Source of the DNA: an uncultured Methanoregula sp.
GTDB taxonomy: Archaea; Halobacteriota; Methanomicrobia; Methanomicrobiales; Methanospirillaceae
Assembly (NCBI GenBank): GCA_964598015.1
Contig: CAZRAQ010000002.1
Span: 1,488-65,487, forward strand
Length of the DNA: 64,000 nucleotides
Direction: 5' to 3'
Positions within the stretch are counted from its first letter, which is position 1. Each line of letters starts with the position of its first letter. Below the pieces are notes generated by a model. It was not told where the DNA came from and searched no databases. It worked only from the letters and a program-made list of their open reading frames with translations. This document shows, piece by piece, positions 58,558-64,000 of this stretch. The translations under genes and the position numbers were made by a program.

Positions 58558-59694
58558 ATGAACGGCTCGCTGAAAATAGGGACTTTCTCCGGTATTCCCA
58601 TCCAGCTTCACTGGAGTTTCCTGATTATCATTCCCCTCTTCACCTGGATTATCGGGAGCCAGATTCTCATCGCCACCGGTATGACTGTTGATATTTTCCG
58701 GGTTCCCATCGATACGAGCATCATCGCTTCAGGGTATATGCCGTATATCCTCGGCATGATCCTGTCCATCGGATTGTTCGGGGGCGTCCTCATCCACGAG
58801 CTTGCGCATTCGATGCTGGCGAAGAGCAAAGGTATCAAAATCAACAACATCACGCTGCTTTTTTTTGGAGGGATCTCATCAATGGAGGAAGATACGCCCG
58901 ATCCAAAGGTGGAACTTCCGATGGCGGCCATCGGGCCGCTCACCAGCCTCGCGGTGGGAATTGTCTGCATTGCCGTGATGTACATTGTTGCGGGAACATT
59001 TACCGCCAACCCACCTGTTGCCGGGGTGTTTGTCTTTATGTTCGGCTACCTTGGTATCCTGAACGTGTTCCTGTTCGGCTTCAACCTCCTGCCTGCTTTC
59101 CCGATGGATGGCGGTCGGGTCCTCCGTGCATTCCTGGCACGGTCGATGCCGCTCTACAAGGCTACGGGAATTGCCGCTGATGTTGGCAAAGTCTTTGCGG
59201 TCCTCTTCGGCATCATTGGCATCATTGCGCTTTCCCCGTTCCTGATTATCATAGCCTTCTTCATCTACATTGGAGCCAGCCAGGAATCAACCGCAATGAA
59301 GTACAACTTCCTCCTGAAGGACGTCACGGTCAGCGATATCATGGCCCAGGGTGTCCGGACGGTGCCACCGGAATTGCCTGTCAGGGATGTGATCGATCTC
59401 ATGTACATGACAAAGCACCTTGGTTTTCCGGTCGAGGAGAGGGGGCATGTCACGGGGATGGTCACCCTTGCCGATGTGCACAAGATTCCTCCCCTTGACA
59501 GGGAAGCGATGCAGGTCAGGGATATCATGACCCGTGAAGTAATTGCCCTTCCTCCCAGAGCTCCGGTTATCGATGCGCTCCGTATCATGTCTTCAAAAAA
59601 TATCGGGAGGATACCCGTGATGGACGGTGAACAGCTTCTCGGGATCGTGACGAGGACCGACATCATGAAGGTTATCGAACTGAAGGAGATGTAA
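58558..59694 (+). CDS. site-2 protease (peptidase M50) with C-terminal CBS pair
   Basis: HELAHSMLAK (HExxH), LLPAFPMDGGR (the M50 second motif) and two CBS-like repeats. Start was set at MNGSLKIG. Confidence 0.9.
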   Translation: MNGSLKIGTFSGIPIQLHWSFLIIIPLFTWIIGSQILIATGMTVDIFRVPIDTSIIASGYMPYILGMILSIGLFGGVLIHELAHSMLAKSKGIKINNITLLFFGGISSMEEDTPDPKVELPMAAIGPLTSLAVGIVCIAVMYIVAGTFTANPPVAGVFVFMFGYLGILNVFLFGFNLLPAFPMDGGRVLRAFLARSMPLYKATGIAADVGKVFAVLFGIIGIIALSPFLIIIAFFIYIGASQESTAMKYNFLLKDVTVSDIMAQGVRTVPPELPVRDVIDLMYMTKHLGFPVEERGHVTGMVTLADVHKIPPLDREAMQVRDIMTREVIALPPRAPVIDALRIMSSKNIGRIPVMDGEQLLGIVTRTDIMKVIELKEM

Positions 59695-61330
59695 AAGAGA
59701 AGAGGGTGTCAATCGGCGTTATGCCGGCAATTGCCCTGAATTCCTGCAGACCGGAAAAAGGCCTTGCCCCCGATATTTTTGCAGCGGTCTTTGCATTCAC
59801 TCCAGGCAGCCATTTCAGAGCGGCGAGCGGGAGGAGATTCACCTTTACCGGGACCGGAAGCGCAGTGATCGATCGCATCCCGTGATCCACCACCACTGCA
59901 TCAATAACCTCCCTCTTGGTGAGAGGGAGAGGTATCCCGGCAAGGAGAGGATACGATCCCATCTGCCGCCCGAAGGAGAGGCTGCCCTCCTGTTCGATGA
60001 TGACATCACGAAGGATGGTCCCCAGGGGAAACACCCGTTTCAGCATGGGGAGATCGAAGTTCTTTCTGACATGCTCCTTGAATGCCCTGAACTGCCGGGT
60101 ATATCTCCCGAGCGTATTCTCGGTATAGGCTCGGGTCCCTTCAAACGGCATCAGCTGCCGGATATTCACCCGCCGCACCAGCAGGCCCGATGAGAGAACC
60201 TGGGCGAGGAACTGTTCATTCATCCCAAAGGTGGCTTCAGTCTCCCCGACAAGCCCCGCAATAAAATTCAGCCCGGGGAGAAGATCAGGGATACCGTCCT
60301 TCCGGGCGCCCCCTACCTCGTTGACTATTCGGATTGCCCGCATCACTTCATCGGGGCGTGCCTTCAGATTGTTTCTCTGTATCACCTCGGGATCTGCAGT
60401 CTCCATCCCAAACGCAGCAACATCTCCGGGAGTATGGTGCCTTGCAATCGCCTCCAGGGTCATGCGGCCGGCCTCTTCATGCCGTGCAAGGGTTCCGGGG
60501 TTGATATTGTCGATGTGCAGCGTCCGGAGATCCGGTGCCGCAGTCCGGACGGCAAGGAACAGCGCTTCGACAAGGTCGGGTCGAGGCAAGGGGAATTCGC
60601 CATGGCCTGCACCATACGTCAGGAGATCCGGCTGCCTCCCGAGTCGGAAATGCCTGGCTCCTGCCGCATGCAGGGCAGAGATCTCATCCGATATCCCCCC
60701 GATGCTCCGATACCGGGGATGACCATAAAACGGCTCCGTGCAGAAAGAACATCCTCCCGACACGGTACGGGGACAACCGCGGGCTGTCTCGATCTCGCAC
60801 ATGACGAAGGGAAATGACGGATGGTTGCGGATTATGCTGCTCCCCAGGATCGCCCAGGGATCGGAATGTTTGTATGAGTGGTCCCCGTGGGTTGTTCCGG
60901 AAGAGAGCCAGCCATCGAGCGCCTCTGCAGGTGAACCGGTGAGGAGGTGATCGAAGCCCGAGATTGTCTGACGGATGGCTTTCTCCCCTCCACCCGCGGA
61001 GTAGCCAAACCCGACCGGCCCGGCTATAAGCCGGTCCATTCCCCGAAGGCGCGTTCCAATCTGCTGTATCTCGGTGATCGTGGCAGGCGTTCCGCCAAGA
61101 TAGGCGCCAGGCACGGTCACCCCGGCAACCATGATTGCAAGTCCCCCTTTGACAGGAGTGAGTATCCCGGGATCCAGACGGATCTGGTCGATAGTCAGGT
61201 AGCGGGAGGGTATCCCGTGTGCCTCAAGGACCCCCGCAATTGTCCGGATATACGGGGAGATGTAGGGAGGCACCCCGAGACATGCAGGCTCGTCGACATA
61301 TCCATCAATGATACAGGCACTAGCATTCAT
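59672..61330 (-). CDS. radical SAM protein (B12-binding-like N-domain; TRAM/OB-like and helix-hairpin-helix-like C-terminus)
   Basis: 552 aa. IETARGCPRTVSGGCSFC sits in the usual radical-SAM position but is spaced CX7CX2C. The C-terminal LPGVNAKTAAKI resembles an HhH motif. Confidence 0.8.
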   Translation of the reverse strand: MNASACIIDGYVDEPACLGVPPYISPYIRTIAGVLEAHGIPSRYLTIDQIRLDPGILTPVKGGLAIMVAGVTVPGAYLGGTPATITEIQQIGTRLRGMDRLIAGPVGFGYSAGGGEKAIRQTISGFDHLLTGSPAEALDGWLSSGTTHGDHSYKHSDPWAILGSSIIRNHPSFPFVMCEIETARGCPRTVSGGCSFCTEPFYGHPRYRSIGGISDEISALHAAGARHFRLGRQPDLLTYGAGHGEFPLPRPDLVEALFLAVRTAAPDLRTLHIDNINPGTLARHEEAGRMTLEAIARHHTPGDVAAFGMETADPEVIQRNNLKARPDEVMRAIRIVNEVGGARKDGIPDLLPGLNFIAGLVGETEATFGMNEQFLAQVLSSGLLVRRVNIRQLMPFEGTRAYTENTLGRYTRQFRAFKEHVRKNFDLPMLKRVFPLGTILRDVIIEQEGSLSFGRQMGSYPLLAGIPLPLTKREVIDAVVVDHGMRSITALPVPVKVNLLPLAALKWLPGVNAKTAAKISGARPFSGLQEFRAIAGITPIDTLFSFTSPSVR

Positions 61331-61940
61331 ATCCGATAAGCCTGAGAAGACGCCGGGCCCATTGCAGTTTTCCTCTTTTCATGGGCTCCACATCCTGGTC
61401 ATCGAGGTCAAAGCCCACGAAAAGTATCCGTTCAGCATGAAGGGCATCGGCAGCGAATGCTGCCCGGTCGCCATCGGAAAATCCTCCAAAGTTATGGAGA
61501 GGCGGAAACGGGCGAGCCTGGGTGGTCCCGACAACCGGCCCATACAACAGGGGGACCCAGTAGAGAAGGCTCGGGATGTTATCCCCATGGGCATGGATGA
61601 CCATGATGGTTCCCTCGCTGTTCATCGCAAGGTAATCCTCAGTAGCCCCGTCAAGGTCAGTGAAGACCGCATCCGGCCGGATACCAGCGCTGCGCAGCAC
61701 GAACGAGGCTGCATCGGCAGCAAAGACGCGTCCTTCAATCCTGTCGAGTTCGCTGGAGAGGCAGGGGGCATTGCCGCATACCGTCACGGTCTCTCCCCTG
61801 CAGAGGGCCGAGAGGAGCCGGCAGTCATCCTGCTTCAGGAGAGAGGCGAGTACTCTGGCAGCTCTCTCGTCTTCCTCCTGCGCGAATCCGAAGTACGCGC
61901 AAATCTCGCGGTAGTAGGGCTCCCAGACATCAAACTCCAT
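61320..61940 (-). CDS. mptE: 6-hydroxymethyl-7,8-dihydropterin pyrophosphokinase, archaeal MptE type (DUF115)
   Basis: VCGNAP...TDLDG...HAHGDN...GF.DGDRA matches the DUF115/MptE pattern. Start was set at MEFDVW (61940). Confidence 0.75.
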   Translation of the reverse strand: MEFDVWEPYYREICAYFGFAQEEDERAARVLASLLKQDDCRLLSALCRGETVTVCGNAPCLSSELDRIEGRVFAADAASFVLRSAGIRPDAVFTDLDGATEDYLAMNSEGTIMVIHAHGDNIPSLLYWVPLLYGPVVGTTQARPFPPLHNFGGFSDGDRAAFAADALHAERILFVGFDLDDQDVEPMKRGKLQWARRLLRLIGYEC

Positions 61941-63396
61941 TCCTGACCTCTTTCTCCAGTCCAACGATATCGGTGAACCGGGAGATCAGCGGTTCCGATA
62001 TCAGGGTGAGGAGGTCCTCTTTTGACTTTATCAGGTGAAAGTACGAGAGGGGGATCGTGGCGGCTGCCATGGTCGGGTGACCCCCTGCATCACCCATAGC
62101 CCCGAAAGCCTCCTGGAGGACATGACCGATATGGAGCCTGACATCCCGGTTGCGGGCCGAGATGATGATGGCCTCATCAGAAATACCATAGACTATCGCC
62201 GTATTGACACCTTCGAGGCTGATGAGGAGATCGGCAGCCTGCGGGAGGGCATCGCGGTTCCTGATGTAGCCGACGTTGGAGAAGAGGTACCCGCTCTGGA
62301 TCGTGCGGCGGGCTATTGCTGTCCCGAGCACAGCGAGTGTCTCTTCGGAGAGGGAGGGTGACATTATCTGGTCGAGGAGGGCACTGTCCGTGAGAGGCAG
62401 GAGGAAGGCTGCATTGTTCAGGTCCTGGGGGGTGATATTCCGGGAAAAATCCCTGGTATCCGAGCGGATCCCGTACAGGAGCCCGGTAGCAACCCGTTTA
62501 TCAACGGAGATATCCAGTTCCTGCAGGTACTGGGAAAGGATGCTTGCGGTTGCCCCGAGGCCAGGCCTGCTGTCGACAAACAACGTCTTGGAATCCCCGA
62601 GTTTGCCATCAAGGTGATGGTCTATCACGATCTGCACCCGTGCTTTTTGAGGTAACGCGTTATTGACACCCGGGGCAGGGGAATCCACGATCGCAAGGTA
62701 AGTGCACTCCTGGAGAGCCGCGGCGTCCATCTTCTCCATCTTTATCTCCAGAAGATTGACGAGGGTGCGGTTCGCCTGGTGTCCGATAATCCCGTCATAG
62801 AAGATCCTGCAGACAAGCCGGTTCGGGTTGGCTTTGTTTGCGATTACGGCGAGGGCGAGGGCGCTGGAGATGGCATCGGGATCGGGATTGGTATGGGCGA
62901 CAATCCCGAGTGTCCCCTCCCAGGATGCAAGGAGCGAAAAGAGGCGACGGGATACCTGGTTCGCATACACCTTGTTGATCTGGAATACCGCAGCTTTCGC
63001 CATCAGCTGGTTCTGGTTGAGAACAAAATCGGCTCCTGCCTCTTCGAGTTTCCGCGCAATGAGGGGATCGGATGCCCGGGCCATGATACGGGCATGGGGG
63101 TAGGTATCCCGGACTGCCCGCACGGCCAAGAGGTTTGCGTTGCTGTCACCGGAGAGGATGAAGGCGATCTCGATGACAGGGAGGCCCGAGAGGAAATTTG
63201 CGTCTGAGATGTCACGGCGCACGGCATCAAAGCCCTGGTCGCGGAGTTCCCTGACCCGGTCATCATTTTTGTCAATGACGAGCAGGTTTCCGTTGGTGCT
63301 TCGCAGCTCCTGGAGGACGTGGTAGCCCGTGCTGCCGCAACCCAGTACGGCATAGGGTACGCGTTCCCTGGTATCGTTCTGCGCCGAATCAGCCAT
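61930..63396 (-). CDS. TrkA-N (NAD-binding) domain fused to DHH/DHHA1 phosphoesterase
   Basis: VLGCGSTGYHV is a Rossmann motif with a TrkA-N pattern. It is followed by HTNPDPDAISS, DHH and a GGH motif near the C-terminus. Confidence 0.85.
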   Translation of the reverse strand: MADSAQNDTRERVPYAVLGCGSTGYHVLQELRSTNGNLLVIDKNDDRVRELRDQGFDAVRRDISDANFLSGLPVIEIAFILSGDSNANLLAVRAVRDTYPHARIMARASDPLIARKLEEAGADFVLNQNQLMAKAAVFQINKVYANQVSRRLFSLLASWEGTLGIVAHTNPDPDAISSALALAVIANKANPNRLVCRIFYDGIIGHQANRTLVNLLEIKMEKMDAAALQECTYLAIVDSPAPGVNNALPQKARVQIVIDHHLDGKLGDSKTLFVDSRPGLGATASILSQYLQELDISVDKRVATGLLYGIRSDTRDFSRNITPQDLNNAAFLLPLTDSALLDQIMSPSLSEETLAVLGTAIARRTIQSGYLFSNVGYIRNRDALPQAADLLISLEGVNTAIVYGISDEAIIISARNRDVRLHIGHVLQEAFGAMGDAGGHPTMAAATIPLSYFHLIKSKEDLLTLISEPLISRFTDIVGLEKEVRNGV

Positions 63397-63562
63397 ATCA
63401 GATACAATGTGGACCCTTCAGAATAAATAGGTTACAACGTTTGGGCTCTCTATTCAGCATTTCAGAACAATCTCTATGCTCCGTTTCCCGATCCGGGCCA
63501 GAAATAATGAGAATTCGAAAGATTTATCAGGAAAGCACAGCATATGGTATAGGTCAGATCAG

Positions 63563-63636
63563 GGGCTTGTAGCTTAGTTCGGCAGAGCGACGGACTCTTA
63601 ATCCGTAGGTCAAGGGTTCAAATCCCTTCAGGCCCG
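63563..63636 (+). tRNA. tRNA-Lys (anticodon CUU)
   Basis: Hand fold: acceptor stem GGGCUUG/CAGGCCC (one G-U), anticodon stem ACGGA/UCCGU, loop CUCUUAA (anticodon CUU), T-arm AAGGG-UUCAAAU-CCCUU. Confidence 0.9.
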
Positions 63637-63655
63637 CTATTCTCCCGGTTTTACA

Positions 63656-63680
63656 ATGAAAATGGCTCCGCCATTTTCAT
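63656..63680. promoter_or_regulatory. perfect 11-bp-arm palindrome ATGAAAATGGC-tcc-GCCATTTTCAT
   Basis: Read directly from the sequence, 20 nt downstream of tRNA-Lys. A related element, GTGAAAAT-n10-ATTTTCAC, lies at 63758-63783. Confidence 0.4.
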
Positions 63681-63900
63681 GCTTTCTACACGACCATGAC
63701 GGTCATTGGCAGTTCGAATGAAACTCCTATGATAATCAACGGTCACCAGCCCCGCTTGTGAAAATCGCATTGACCATTTTCACTTGAGGGAAAGGTGACG
63801 ATCGGGTCTCAAATGCATTTCATTCTCTCCCCTTGCTGACCCTTGGCATGATCCCTCCAGGGCAAGGATTCATATTTATGGAGAAATTTCATGTATTGCT

Positions 63901-64000
63901 ATGGCATTCTCTCTCAGCCGGCTGCAGTCATACCTTATCCTGCTCATTTCAGTGCTGGTCCTTGGTACGCTCGCCATCATGATCGTGGAAGGGCTGTCCG
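63901..64000 (+). CDS. partial CDS (5' end): membrane protein, possibly a K+ channel/transporter N-terminus
   Basis: MAFSLSRLQSYLILLISVLVLGTLAIMIVEGLS runs off the end of the window. The hydrophobic helix is typical of TrkA-domain K+ channel N-termini, but the assignment is weak. Confidence 0.35.
   Translation, partial: MAFSLSRLQSYLILLISVLVLGTLAIMIVEGLS

Noticed and set aside
1-64000. Search by eye for CRISPR arrays, IS elements, toxin-antitoxin pairs, restriction-modification or other defence-island signatures
   Set aside because: There are no regularly spaced direct repeats and no transposase, integrase, Cas, nuclease-methylase or small paired-ORF patterns. Apart from 820-4726, the window is core-genome housekeeping.

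Overview
This 64-kb window appears to be chromosomal DNA from a methanogenic archaeon, probably Methanomicrobiales-like. That assignment is an inference from gene content: archaeal histone, GatDE, archaeal-type SAM synthetase, MptE, putative methanogenesis marker proteins 2 and 4, RFC large subunit and DTD2-type deacylase. Most of the window is densely packed housekeeping genes, many with 1-4 nt stop/start overlaps. These include hypD, an MscS channel, gatD-gatE-argH, and a NitT/TauT-type ABC transporter. There is also a contiguous fumAB-korDABG-sucCD block (reductive TCA branch), mat, hisG-hisA-hisB, and the conserved ftsZ-secE-spt5-rpl11-rpl1-rpl10-rpl12 cluster. Further genes are dtdA, two moeA paralogues, ileS, thg1, an M50/CBS protease, and a radical-SAM/mptE/TrkA-N-DHH cluster. 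Three tRNAs are present: Arg-CCG, Thr-GGU and Lys-CUU. I found no CRISPR array, transposase, integrase, rRNA or recognisable defence system. The only clearly accessory segment is an AT-rich stretch of about 3.9 kb (about 820-4726) next to tRNA-Arg; it encodes secreted/surface-type proteins and zinc-ribbon proteins. The observations most worth follow-up are: (1) a promoter-preceded, strongly structured RNA candidate of about 110 nt in a 559-nt intergenic gap (about 14210-14328); (2) an ABC substrate-binding protein whose two halves appear in circularly permuted order; (3) a small RGG-box protein downstream of gatE; (4) a dtdA whose conserved N-terminus extends upstream of any ATG/GTG/TTG, implying a CTG start, and whose C-terminal extension has a tRNase-Z-arm-like motif; (5) an unlisted 58-aa four-Cys ORF translationally coupled to moeA; (6) a radical SAM protein with an apparent CX7CX2C motif overlapping mptE. 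All family assignments come from reading the translated ORFs and from memory of family signatures. No searches were run.
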